Part shown: in pieces, positions 13,629-28,262 of the stretch
Position numbering within the stretch: position 1 is the first letter of the stretch
Layout of the letters: every line of letters starts with the position of its first letter
Source: Spizellomyces punctatus DAOM BR117
Lineage: Eukaryota
Length of the DNA stretch: 64,000 nucleotides
Assembly: GCA_000182565.2 (NCBI GenBank)
Contig: KQ257455.1
Direction: 5' to 3' (one strand)
Made by a program: the position numbers and the translations under genes
The notes under the pieces: model-generated
Database searches by the model: none
What the model was told of the DNA's origin: nothing
What the model saw: only the letters and a program-made list of their open reading frames with translations

Positions 13629-13875
13629 TGTAAATGGTCGTGCTTTCGATACTCTTCCGGCGTCAAAGTTACGGTTTGGTTGAATAGTCTTGCGTTCGTC
13701 GGGCGAGGAATAGGCTTGCAAATTCCAAAACCCTTGCAGTCGCCACGAAAAAAACAATTCAGGCTTTGACACATCTGGATGAGCGGCACAGCCATGCATG
13801 ATTATCCCATCAGAAAGAGCAAGGCCAGGCCAACTGGTGAGCTTTTTCGAGATCTTTGCCTGGTTGACCAAAAGG

Positions 13876-16332
13876 ATGAGGTTCGGTTTGGTTGACGACG
13901 ACTTTTATGCCGTGAAACCTGGGGATTACATTCAGGCTGGGAGTCCAAAAAAGTCTCTCCAAAGTGATAGTGTAAATGGTAGAGATGCCTCCTCCGAACC
14001 ACCACGCCAAGTATTCGACAATGGATGTACTACAAGGCAGTCCATGCTTGAAGGGATTGCTGTTGCCACTCCTAAAAGGATAGACTCGTCACTAGATTTG
14101 GAGCAATTGGAGAGGTCGGGTTTCTCCTGAGCTCATGCTAGGGTACAAACACCAAGTTAACACTTTGTTACTGTGCACAGCTCTTTCAGCCCTGGAAAGT
14201 CCCCTTCAAAGAGAGCGAGTCAACACAACCAACAAACAAACGGAAATGCAGAAGACCTTCGGGAAGTTGCGCGAGCATATGAGCGCTTCCTTTACGATTA
14301 TAAGCGACAGCAACGTTCGCCGCTCTCAGCGGCAAATCAACTCAAATTTCTAGCAGAGTCTGAGGTGCGTACCGGCAGCTACTTCGACGGGCACTTTGTA
14401 CCTAGCTGACGTTTTGCTTTTTTCAGCGAGCTTCACAAGAAAGTATGAATGAGTATTATCGGCGGAAGCTAGAAGTGGAAGGACCATGGGTATCAGATAC
14501 GCAAAAGGAATTGCAACAACTTTGCCAATACTATAAGCGCATTGCGGACCAAAAGGACTCGGAGGCCCAAAAGAGGATACAGGAGCTTAGAAGAGAGTTT
14601 CATGAGGCAAATCTCAGAGATCAGCAAGTGGGTAGCTGCCTCAATCAAGTTCACATCCGTACCATTTGCTGACGTTTAGCGCGATGTAGTCTATTGAGGT
14701 TGCACTACGAAAGATTGAGGAAATAGAACGAAGGGAAGCGTTGCAACGGCAGGAGGAAGAGCGTAAGCGAGCGGAAAAGGCCAAGGAGGAAGAGGAGCGG
14801 AGGAAAGCTGCAGAAGCAAAAGCTCAAGCGGCGAGAGAGCAGGAGGCGAGGGACAAAGCAGCCAGGGAACAAGAGGCAAAGGACAGAGTAGCCAGGGAGG
14901 AAGCAGCAAAACAGAGAGCTGCCCAGGAACAGGCGGTGAAAGCACAAGCAGCGGAGGAGCAGCAAGCTCAACGGGCGGCGAAATCTGTACAGGTCCGTGA
15001 AAAGTAAAAAACTCAATTGATATTCGAAGGATCACGATAGCTGATTCGCATGACCCACGTAAAGTCCAAATCGTGGCCGGACAAGCTCTTTGACACAGCT
15101 CAAGCGCGCTTGGCCATCATTCACGTACGTTAAAGCGATATATGGCATCCTGGCTTTCGTGGACCGATTTGAGTCTCTCTTCAGATCATCAAGAAGCAGG
15201 TCAAACCCCAAATGGGCACCAACCCGACTCTCATGCAGTCAATATTTCGAACAAAAATGACCATTACTCAAAAAATCGGCCAAATTATGAGCAGCGAAAA
15301 GAAAGTCATTGAGATTGTATGATCCAACTTCAGCGAAGGCATTTGTGAAGACGTTCAATCGCTGATGATTCTTTCGTCCTACCTTTAGGGTCGGGCTCTC
15401 GATACCGTCTTGAAGAATGCGAAGAGTGCGTCTCAGGAGGAGTATGCTATTTGCATGGATCTCCTTGCTAAGAGCGTAGTGGTAATGAGTTCTGTACTGT
15501 TAAATGCAAGAAGGGAACCACGATGATAACTTTTTCTTTTGCAGAAACAAGCGGAAAGCGAGATCGCGGTCAAAACAGACTCGGCATTTCCCCTCGCCAT
15601 TCTGTGCATCATGATCTACCGACAACATACGGAATTCTTGGATGTACTTTTAGGCCGGTTCATCAAGAGATGTCCATACATCGTGCCATTATACCCTCCA
15701 CGATTTGAGGTACAGAGCAGTTTGAGAATCGGGAGTCATCAGCCTCAAATGTAACAATTGTAACCCAACAGAGCGATACGGATGATGACTTCCGCAAACG
15801 GCTGGGATATAGAGAAATCGACGACGACGTATGGGAGGATGAAATACAGTACACAGAGCGAATGTGCGGACTTATTGCTATTTATGCTGCCATTGTGCAA
15901 ACGACAATCAGTGAGTAGTATCTTCCGATTGCCAGAAGATTTCTCTTGACTAACATTATCATCATGTTCTCCTAGTACCCAACGACTACGGACTACAAAA
16001 TGGTTTAAATTGGCTCTTCCTTATTCTTAGTATCGAACCTCGTCGGATCAGTCCTTTTCTTATACTGAGATTTTTGGAGGTAGGCTTACCTCGCGGCACG
16101 TCTTGGTAGGTCATGCAACGCTGAAAATCTTGGTTTCAAGATTGCAGGCCACGAGCTTTTGAAGCAATATCGTCCTCAAACTGAGGAAGCGTTGACGTTC
16201 TTACGGAACGAATTCGTTCCCAAAATTCCCGCAAAAGCCATCGCCGGCACCACCCGCCTACAGATATTCTTGGACTCTGTATTCGAAAAGGGTGCCATCC
16301 CACCACCGGAGGGAAGATCACTAGGGAATTGA
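13876..16332 (+). CDS. GLE1: mRNA export factor / nucleoporin Gle1
   Basis: MRFG start, long E/A/K/Q coiled coil, then KQAESEIAVK...AFPLA, KRCPYIVP, YTERMCGLIAIYAAI, LEIAG and a C-terminal PPPEG. Confidence 0.85.
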
Positions 16333-16700
16333 GCAATCTTCGTCTTCTGACATGCTGTACAATATGCGCACGGATTGATCTGCTACTTGTATATATTCGG
16401 GGAGGTATTTTGGAGACCGGTAAATAGAAGGGGCGATACCTTACATGGAACTGTGATCAATAATAACTTTTATTGTTTAATTATATGTGACATCGTAGCG
16501 GACCATTGCAGTTTCATTCTCTTCCTTAACGTTTGCCCGTTTGGACAACAGAATTCTCTCAAGCAAAGGTAATATGACACATGTGCCTAAAGTTCATCAT
16601 GACAGCTAGCAACTCTAGAGGATTAGGGAGCAACGAAAGTTCTTTGCTTGCTGTAACGTTGCGCGGCTCCGATTGAAAACTTATTTCGCTCACATTTTGT

Positions 16701-16837
16701 CGCATAAACAACGTCCCAAAGGATGTTCTTACAAGTCGACATCTCTTTGCGGTGCACTGCAACCGACGAGTGGGGAGCGCAGCTACGCAAAGGGGAGACA
16801 ACGTAAGAACGATCTCTTCTTGGACGCCGCGCTGCGC
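16701..16837 (-). ncRNA. Candidate structured ncRNA: long imperfect hairpin followed by an ANANNA (H-box-like) motif
   Basis: Nested complementary segments (GTTCTTAC/GTAAGAAC, TTTGCG/CGCAAA, GCGGCGTCC/GGACGTTGT, CGCA/TGCG). Imperfect pairs read as G-U on the minus strand. TATATAAG lies upstream on the minus strand at about 16899-16906. Confidence 0.4.
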
Positions 16838-17041
16838 CGTTCAAGGTGAAAGTCATCGTCATTGCCGCTTCCCATTCCTCGTGAAGCACGGAGACCGCCT
16901 TATATAGGTATCGCTGTTGCCATGACAATACCTGATGTCTTTATGGAGGCCTGCCTCAAAGCTTGTGGAATTCAACGTCATGCTCAAGCAAAGGCTTGCA
17001 GTCAGGAAGATAGCGTCGTAGGAGTTTCGTCGCCAATAATT

Positions 17042-19282
<2,241 letters not shown>

Positions 19283-19294
19283 TGCACACATTCG

Positions 19295-20478
19295 TCATGC
19301 AAATAATTTAACATAGCATTTAATACAATATGGATTGTTTTCTTGTACTCGGAACCCGGCATCTTTTCGCTCTGCCCCTCCTTGACCTCCCCACCTTGGG
19401 GTAGCCAATGTGACATCCAAAGCCTCTTTGCAATATACGCACTTGAAGCAGTCTACATGATAGTTTTTTCCACAAGCTTTTATACCTCGACCAACGAGTG
19501 GTCCTCCACATGTTGCGCACGGACGAGCTATCAACATGTAGTAGTCCCGCTCACAATACGCTTCTCCTTCATGTTCGAAATATCCGTCATTCGCAAGCGA
19601 TTTCTTGCACACCTGGAGCAATTTTTCGATTAAGTAACCAATCTCGCTTGCAGAATCAGACCTGCTTACCGCACAGCCAAAGCATTCTCTATGGTATTTC
19701 TTGCCAGCCGCCGTTATGTAGTCTCCAAGCAGTGCTTGTCGACAGACGGCACAGCCACAGGCAAATAGAGCCCGATAGTCTTCTGGACAATAGGCCATGC
19801 CGTCCGCCTCCATGAAGGGTTCACTGGTGCCAAAGTTTTTCCCACATTGGCTACAAAAGAAATGCTCTGGATGAAATGACTTTCCCAGCGCGGATATACA
19901 TCTCTGTATTTAGAGTCGATACCTTTTGGTCAGCTATCGTAGATGATGAAAAGCCTGGCAATATCACTCACCTCTTTTATTGGTTCTTGGCAGTAAGCGC
20001 ATTTTGGACTAAATCTCTCATGGTAGCAGCCTTCGCAGAAGATGTCTGGAAACATCTCGAAATATGGCAACCCCACTAACCTGCGTCGACAACTTTCAGC
20101 TTTGCAACGAAAACAATCCGGGTGAAATATTCCATCGCCCAGCGCAGCAACAGACGGTCCCAATATAGGTCGTTTGCATGAGAAGCAAGGCGACGATGCC
20201 ATAATAAGATTTTCGTCCGTAGCCCGCCCGGTGCCATTCTTTGACAATTCATACACAGAGCCTGTTGAAGATGGAGAGTTGACAAGAGGAGAGGTAGTGC
20301 TGTTCGGAGATAATTGAGTGGATCCGTCTGGTGGCTTGAGGGTAGAAGCTTTGGATCCAGTGAAAGCGGAAACTCCGCGCTGCAAGTCGGTCAAAAGTTC
20401 GTCTGTTTAGAAACGGCCATCGTCAGCCCACAAGACGAGAATCACACAACTTCAGTAAACCGCACCTAACTCGTCCAT
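19295..20478 (-). CDS. Paxillin-like protein: LD motif plus four LIM domains
   Basis: Spliced N-terminus MDELDELLTDLQ (LD motif). Four C-x2-C...H-x2-C/H-x2-C LIM domains, ending YCIKCYVKLFA. Confidence 0.85.
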
Positions 20479-20731
20479 TTCTCTGCTGTTAAGGAACTGC
20501 TAGTATCGGGGACGTCCCCAGCTGGCGGAAAGACGAACCCCCAAGGGTCTCAAGGCACAAAGCCTGATTAGTCATGATGCCAGCTGTGCCACGGGCGCGT
20601 CGCTGCCGAAAGCCAAGTTGAATCTCCACTCCGCCCGACTCGATATGGCCGGCGAAGACACCTTACAATTATATTGCAGTGATTAGACTGGGCGTATTTC
20701 ATAGAGAAAGGAGGGAAATGACGTTAATGCC

Positions 20732-22822
20732 ATGTCACTTTCTCGACACACATCGTCCTCCAGCACCGATTCTGGTGGGCGCCTCAAGTTGGCCGCTATT
20801 CGACGCACACGGTCAGCTTTTGTTCGAGCACCGCCGACAGGTTCAGCAGAGCAAAATGCTGAGGCTACAGTGCAGCAGAATGGAGGTGGGGAAGGCATAG
20901 ATACTAGACCGGAAGAAATGATCCTCAGAGGGAAATTTATGACACCTGTGGCGCCTGAGGTTACTCTACATACACGGGGCTCCGATCTATGCAAACGACC
21001 GGCCACTGCGGCTCCACTATCTGGTACTGAGAATTTAACTTACGGAAGAAAATGGGATAAAAGCGGAAAACTAGGGCGCGCAAGCTTTGTGGTAGCAGCT
21101 GCTGCTGCGGAGAGCTTCTCTACCGCTGATCCAGGATCGCGTCGAAGAAGTGGCCCTGGCGCAGAGCAGGACGATGAACCAGCTGCGTTTTCTGAGGCCA
21201 TACGTAGCAGCATGATCAGCATGCGATCTGGTGGAGGTCCAACAGATACCTTTTTTGATGATATCAGTGGCTGGGGTGAAGGGACAGATGAGGAGCGCGT
21301 TGCAATGACACTGGGCGGGTCGACGTACAATTATCTGACTTGTGAGAACGATGCCCAGAGCCGAGATGCAGATGACACTAGCACTGATATAGTGCGACGC
21401 ATTAGACGGCTGCGCTTTAGAAAGAAATCCTCACGAGGGTCTGACGCGCAGAAAACTGTGAGAAGTGCTAAGGCGGCAAAGCTTAGATGTTCTGGTGAAG
21501 ATGATGATGCTGACGGAATTGTGGAAGATGAAGACACATCAGATGCGAATGTGCTCGAACAACAGGGCTCAAGTCTCGAGGGAGAGCGCCTTGCCGAATC
21601 GACCACCAAAGAGGAACCGACAGATCTTGGTACAGGAAATGACAGCCTTTCTTTGGAAGCGAATAGTGCAAATATTGGAAGACGTGCGAAGAGCAGCATT
21701 CCAAACTGCCAAAGACAGCACATATCTGCAAATCTAGAACATGTCCCGATAAATGCAGCTTCTTCAATGGTACCGCAGCTTTCAAATCGACGGCGTCCAG
21801 CTACCTGCATAACCAGAGAGGACACCGGTTCACCCCGCCATCGCCCGCCGTTCGAACCTTCTATATTTCCACCTGCATCCCAAAGTATGGCCCTCCTCCG
21901 CAAGAAACTCTTGTCATCCGCTAGAACAAACAACCGACATTTGGGCTTGCCTCCAAACCCTCCCGGCTCTACAGTGTCTACTCCACCAGAGATCTCTTCA
22001 AATGCAAGACCAAAGTCGTCGATACCGTCCTCATCATTGCTTGAACCGACGGTCATAACAGGAAAGAAATACTGCTCATCAGCCTCCGCCAGTTCAACCA
22101 AGTCTTCGCCATCTCTCCTTGCTGTACGGGATGAGAAACTTGCAGGAGGAAGGCGCTGGCGGTCCAGCAGTAGTCTTAGCGCATCCCCAGCCCCATCAAC
22201 ATCAAACAACGAACAACAATCGCCGTCGCAGACACCAACCACCACAACAGTCCTCCCTCTAATAACGCACCCACAAAGGCAAGCGATGATAGATACCGCC
22301 GATTCAAACCATCCGCCTAGAACCGCCGCCCGGCGATGCACGCACCATGCTGTCGAAGCCAGATCAGATCTTCCTTATTCATCCCTCTCACCGCCCCCGC
22401 CATCCGATATTCCCAAGTGGTTTAATGAAAAGACATCTTCCCAACATCCTCCTCGTTCTGCCAGCTTGGATCGTTTCACCATAGCTCTCGGAGCAGCTGC
22501 GCCTTCTACAACCTCAATTTCGACAACCCAGGAACCGTTACGGCGGAATATCAAGCCTGGACAACGTAGGCCGGTCAAAAGGCTGACTCAGAACGGTTTT
22601 CCAGCAGTTGGATTTTGGGACAAATGCAGCTCAGAGTTAACATTATCACAGTCTGACCTATCGGGGAGCCAAAGACGTGATAGTGCTGACGACAATTCTG
22701 ATGGCGCTCTTGATGGGCGGGATAGTCTTTCCGGCTCAGAGCCTTTTTGTCCTTCGAGTAGTAGGTCCTTCCGCGATCAGATTTGTTTGACCCGAACAGC
22801 GGGAAGAGCGTGGGTAACATGA
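20732..22822 (+). CDS. Hypothetical low-complexity (Ser/Pro/Arg-rich, probably disordered) protein
   Basis: Uninterrupted 696-codon ORF with no recognisable domain. Ends uncertain. Confidence 0.55.
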   Translation: MSLSRHTSSSSTDSGGRLKLAAIRRTRSAFVRAPPTGSAEQNAEATVQQNGGGEGIDTRPEEMILRGKFMTPVAPEVTLHTRGSDLCKRPATAAPLSGTENLTYGRKWDKSGKLGRASFVVAAAAAESFSTADPGSRRRSGPGAEQDDEPAAFSEAIRSSMISMRSGGGPTDTFFDDISGWGEGTDEERVAMTLGGSTYNYLTCENDAQSRDADDTSTDIVRRIRRLRFRKKSSRGSDAQKTVRSAKAAKLRCSGEDDDADGIVEDEDTSDANVLEQQGSSLEGERLAESTTKEEPTDLGTGNDSLSLEANSANIGRRAKSSIPNCQRQHISANLEHVPINAASSMVPQLSNRRRPATCITREDTGSPRHRPPFEPSIFPPASQSMALLRKKLLSSARTNNRHLGLPPNPPGSTVSTPPEISSNARPKSSIPSSSLLEPTVITGKKYCSSASASSTKSSPSLLAVRDEKLAGGRRWRSSSSLSASPAPSTSNNEQQSPSQTPTTTTVLPLITHPQRQAMIDTADSNHPPRTAARRCTHHAVEARSDLPYSSLSPPPPSDIPKWFNEKTSSQHPPRSASLDRFTIALGAAAPSTTSISTTQEPLRRNIKPGQRRPVKRLTQNGFPAVGFWDKCSSELTLSQSDLSGSQRRDSADDNSDGALDGRDSLSGSEPFCPSSSRSFRDQICLTRTAGRAWVT

Positions 22823-22930
22823 GCTGCATATTGCCCGGGTTGCACTCAGCGTTTGGTTGCCCTATTACGCTGCTTGCCCGGGATTCCATATTTATGTACA
22901 TACGATCTTTGCATTACAAGAAGATAGATA

Positions 22931-25900
22931 TTAGACGGTAAAAGCCAACTGGACTCCATTTATGCTATTCAACGTGACCCTTCGTTCTCCATTCCATTCA
23001 AATTTCACGCCCTGCACCACATCCAAGGGAGTAATCGTGTTTGCTGACAAAGAAAAGAAACATCAGTCTCTTTGCGAGCAAAAGGTCACAAGTTACTAGT
23101 GGCACGTACTGTCAGGTGGTGGTCCAAGGGTGAATGTGCGGAAACTCTTCATGTGCCCCACACCGCCGACACTAGCAAGGGCTGCCACACCGGCTGCTCC
23201 GCTGGTTGCACCGCCGGTTGTTAAAGCACCTACTAACGTGCCAAGAAATCCGCCTGTAGGTTGCCAGAACCGTACAGTGTTCTCTTCAAGAGAAAACGTG
23301 GCAATCAGTTTACCATCTGGCGAGAAAGACACAGCAGCGACAGGCTTCGTATGACCCTGCAACGTCAACAGCGTTGGGAAGATGCGTAATCCTCAGTGAA
23401 CGGTTATTGAGCAGCGCAAACGCACCTCCATTATCTGTACCCTGGCGGCAATTCTAACATCATACACAATTGCAATGCCTTCCATTGTCCCTACAGCCAA
23501 ACGCTGACTAGCATGATGGAACGCCACGTTCGGATAAGTTTTGACGAGCTCGGCAAAGTTAACGGTTACGATTTGCTGTAGGCTATCTCGTATCTGCGGC
23601 TGGTTAGGGTCGAGACATTTCACAATAGCTTCGACAATTCGAGCGAGGTGGGGATAGAGGATGATCGGTTTCTGTATAGTAAAAAAACATTATAGTTATT
23701 CACCTGGGATGTTTCCCTTGGTCGAATGCATGCACCTTTGCAATGAACATGCCCAACAACTTCAAGCTTCCTGCCCGCTCAGTGGCGCTTTTCGAGTGCA
23801 TGAGATCAAACGTTAGTGTGCTAATAAACAATGCTGAGTTGATGGTAGCTATCTGCACGAGAGCTTGACGTGCTACCATAATCAACGCGGGATTAGGTGA
23901 TGCGGTAGGGCTTCCTGCACCACCGCTCGCTGACTGCGTCGATGTTGTCAAACCAGAGAAATTTATGAGGGTGCGGAGTAGTGAAGTGCCGTTAATGTGT
24001 GGCTCCCATATCGCGAAGCCAGAGCCCAGAAGTTCCACGGCGGCGACACGATACACGCTCCTCAATTCCTCCCTGATCAGCAAATCAAGGGATTCTGCCA
24101 CATCCTTACAAGCCCTTAGGTTTCATCAAGGTTTCAGCGGACTTCACTAATTGCTGTCATCAAATATTACCGCCATACCTCATATTCAGGGCATCCGGCT
24201 GCAATGACCCAACAATTCCCAGTATGATTACCGCTCGGGTGTTCATTTTCGTATTCTTTTTCGATATGGCAGGAACTACCATGCCGCGCAGTTAGTAATC
24301 TCAAAGTCGCCCCAAGAATAGATTGCAGAGAAACTGACGATGCGCTCTCCAATATTCGATGACGGCAGCCTTTTCTTCAGTGCCCATCTTTGCTAAGGTC
24401 GAGTTGAATAATGTTCTCGCCACTTGCTGCACCTCCGCTAAATGATACATAGTTAAGACATGTATTTGCCACCAAAGCATGGACCACGTATATACCAATG
24501 GGATCCTGCCAATATTTTGCCAAGAAAGAAAATGATGGGAAAGCGAACTGTCGTCCAACAATTGACGGCAGCGTAGTGCCGTAGTGCGTGACGATAGTCG
24601 ACAATTGATCTTCAAGCCCTACAATGCGCGATTTAATTCGTGGAAGCATGCTCTGTGATTGGAGGACCCAAATTACCGCGAGCACTCAGGGCAGGTCGCG
24701 TTAGTGCTAGTAGGTTCAGCAGCCGTGCTGCTGTGACAGTGGACGAGATCATCCAGTCCGCAGCGGGATTCTTTTCTGGTGCAAATATCGAAAGGTAGCC
24801 ATTTGCCCTGGCGAGAGCACAAGAACATCAATTTCCAAAACAGTGAAAATCGAGCTGTATTGTGACACTCTTATTACGACGTACCCGCGCATCCCAAAGG
24901 CAACATGCTTCCCAGGACGTACAAAGTCGGCCCTCTCTTGACACAGAGAGTCCAAGTCATTATCCAAGCCCCAAGACATAAGAGCCGCGCACAATGCATA
25001 GACAGCCTCCATATCAGGTGGCTCTTTTGTATTTTCGTCCCTGGGTGTTTCGGCCTCCTCTCGCTTGGGAGAGGGCGCGGGGGAGACTTCTCTCTCCGAA
25101 CCACTCTTGCCAATCGATGACAGCAAGGATGGTGAGCCTGGGCGACTTTTAAAGATGTCCATGAAGTTGTGAGAAATGTTTTGGGAGAAGTGTTGAGCCG
25201 AAGGTTTGGGAGAGGCTGGCCGAGATGGTATGTTGCTCTGGTCCATGCTGCCATGCTCAGAGTATAACGATGACGAACGGCGCGGATGCTGAGTTTGCGA
25301 GTGGATTCGAGACAGCGCGCTGTTTGTCGGTGGTGTCGCAGGAGGTGTCAACACCTGATTACCGTGTATTTCACTGATGAGTCTCTTGGTATTGATTTGA
25401 AAAGCAAGCAAGGGGGGCGCATCTGATGAAGATGAAGATAAATGATGACACATCAGCTGCGAATCTCCACGGCTTCGACGTCCATGACTTAAGTGCACAG
25501 ATGGGTACTGACCATCTTCGGAGGTGTATATGGGAAATGCGGAAATGCTCTTTTTGATATTTACATGCTGGTAGCCGAGCCCGAAACTCTTACAGCTTCA
25601 CGGATGAGGGATTAAGATTAGGCGATGTACCATTAATATCATCCTTTTGAAATGAAAATCAATTTACCTCACTTGGCCGTCGCAGCTAGCCAAAATATCA
25701 TCGACATCAGAGCCACTAATTATTCGGTCCAAGTGACCGGTTTTAAGCTATTTGCAGGAGTTAAACCCAGTGGGAGGTTCAATATCGTTGAATAACTTCA
25801 CTGACCTGCCAAATGTACGCAGTTCCGTCAACGCACGCAACTACCAGAATCTCGTCCAGCGTGCGCCAATGCACCGAGTCGATTTCATGGGAATGCCCTG

Positions 25901-28262
25901 TCAATCTGTAGCAACTGCGAAGAGGTGTATTAGTTTTAAGGTTCATATGGATGTAGCAATCGAGACCGCACCATCGCAAATCTTCTAAGTCAATTGAGGC
26001 TATGGAACGATCTTTCGATATGGAGAAAATGGAAGACTTCAATCGCTGTCCTGCATCGCTTGGAATGGGTACAAATCCCTGCACATATTCAGCGTGATTC
26101 AAGAACGATGCAAGGAGCTTTCCATCACTAGATCAAAGCATTAGGGCTGTTGTCTACACGCACCGTCCAGCATGCTAGCAACGATATACGTACTCCATGT
26201 TCCACACTTTAACCGTGCAATCCATGCCGCCACTCAGAAGAACATTGCGGCCACCGCTTTCGCGCGGGTGTGGTGCGTATATAGAGGTCACTGGTCCAAT
26301 GTGCCCTTTCAACGTCAGATATGCCCCTTCTTCACGGTCACCAGCAGAATCACTAAAGACGCAACGGACGGGAATGATGCGTATTTCACCATTCTCTATC
26401 CCAAAGTTGCCTTAAGTCAAGTCTTGTGTTCGGCCGCAGAAGACCTAAAGACCTACCATAACCCTTTGCAATGTATTTATTAGAGACCGACGCAACTGAA
26501 ACTACTTTTGGTGCTGGATCTTCAGATAACGGCCATAGTGACTGAAGTGTGAAATCTGGTAGTGATAAGGGTTAGCTTTGCCTTCAATGATGCCGACCAA
26601 ATCCCACTCTCGCTCACCAGCATCAGGCAAATAGGCAGCGCCGGGTCCTTGACTCCCGGATAGAATCTCCAATTGCACTCCCCGCAACTGAGCTCCGAGT
26701 AAACTGGCAAAAAACGTCCATTGAGATATTGCGCCACCCTGTCTAAAGGACAAGACGTGATGCAGTCCATTTTGTTTTCCTGGAACATGGGCAATAATCG
26801 AGGTGCCATCAATGTGATCCTTTGTATCCTGAAAAGCGGCGATAAGAGTGACCGCACTGAAGCAGCAGGGATTCAGCCACACGTAACAGAATACTGGTTA
26901 TGGTCGTTGGGTCACGCACCTGTTACCCTGAGAGTGTCCAGTATTCATGTTTCGTACATAATACGCAAGATTTCCTCGCGCAAATAATACCACAGCATCA
27001 GACGGAACAGATGCCAAATCGCTGGTTCGAATGACATCGCCATCAGGTCCCAGATAATATAAATACACAGTACTTGAACTCCAGAGTAACAGGGTCGCCG
27101 CCGAAAGAAACTTGCCGCCCTTCCATGATCCCTTGCCGTCTTCGCAGGGTATCTGACTAGTGAGCGAAACTTTCCCGGACTTTGCGGCAAATATCTACCA
27201 GTCGGGACAGCCGTACCGTTAAGACTCTGTGTGATCATAACAATTCCAAAGCTGCCTCGTCCTACCATACAGCACCGCTTCTGCACAGTCATAAGCAGGC
27301 TCTTATCGTATCGATTGATTTCGACCTTAGCTTCGGGCAGCCCCGTACTAGCATCGATGCGGTGTCTGATCTCGTGAGTAAATAACATGGCTTGCTCATT
27401 GAATGTCGAGACCGTCAGATCTCCGTTTAGGGTTATGGCAAAGATTTTATCAACGTATTTTGTTTCTGGAATGATCAGAACATACAAGACCGTAAGTACA
27501 ATGCACCTCATACAGGCCAATGTTCCACCAGCTCACCTGTAGGATATAGGCACATGGACGCCACCCAGTTACCGTAAGTACAAATGGTTCTCAAGGTCTT
27601 GTGGTCACCACAAACAATCTCTGAAATCAATATCTATAACAGGAATAGATTGTCTTGGATGTTTACTCACACTCAGCGACGATGCATCAAGGATTGATAC
27701 GACGTTTGCGAAGCCCGAACATATCACGTACTTTCCCGAAGACGTCATCTACCATTTTCCGACCATTAGGCACTGATTCTATCTCTTACAAACACACATA
27801 CGTAAAATGTACCCACCTACCTTAATCCCAGTCACAGATCCCGGAAATGCTTCTTGATTCGCCTGCAAACAGCGTCCATCTGCGATATCCCACATGATAA
27901 CTTCACCATCCTCCGAAGCTGTCAGAATGATATTTTCCTTTCTGGCTACACCTTCGACCTCAATCTTTCCGAGGGCTATGGCAGTAATGGGGGATTTATG
28001 ACCGGAAAGAAGTGTCTTTGGTCTCAACTGGGGACGTGGGGTCATTTCCGGTGTAGCGTTTTTGTAACATGTATTGTGGTACATTGAAAACACGCACCTC
28101 CAGAGCCTTGCCTTCATCTACTGCAAAAATCCAGCCAACACCTCCGTCCATTCCCAGCACAATCGTGCTCCCATCATCACACGTTGTCAACGCCGTCACA
28201 GTGCAACTCGAAGAGAACGGGGTTGACAACCAACATGCCACGGGAAGAATCAGCGACGTCAT
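22931..28262 (-). CDS. WDR7: WDR7/WDR72 (rabconnectin-3 beta-like) WD40 protein
   Basis: SLILPVACW start, LSGHKSPITAI, WDIADGRC, YLAKYWQDP, AVELLGSGFAIWEPHI, KCLDP, RLAVGT, GHTKPVAAVSFSPDGKLIATFS. Many introns. Confidence 0.8.

Noticed and set aside
16500..16535. U14 snoRNA-like CCATTGCAGTTTC
   Set aside because: It lacks one base of the 18S-complementary domain A, and there are no C/D boxes or proper domain B.
16615..16632. Telomerase template (CCCTAATCC on the minus strand)
   Set aside because: It is not a permuted TTAGGG template with alignment region, and no downstream pseudoknot was recognised.
21331..22341. 336-aa antisense ORF and other overlapping ORFs across the window
   Set aside because: These are shadow frames of longer or recognisable genes on the opposite strand.
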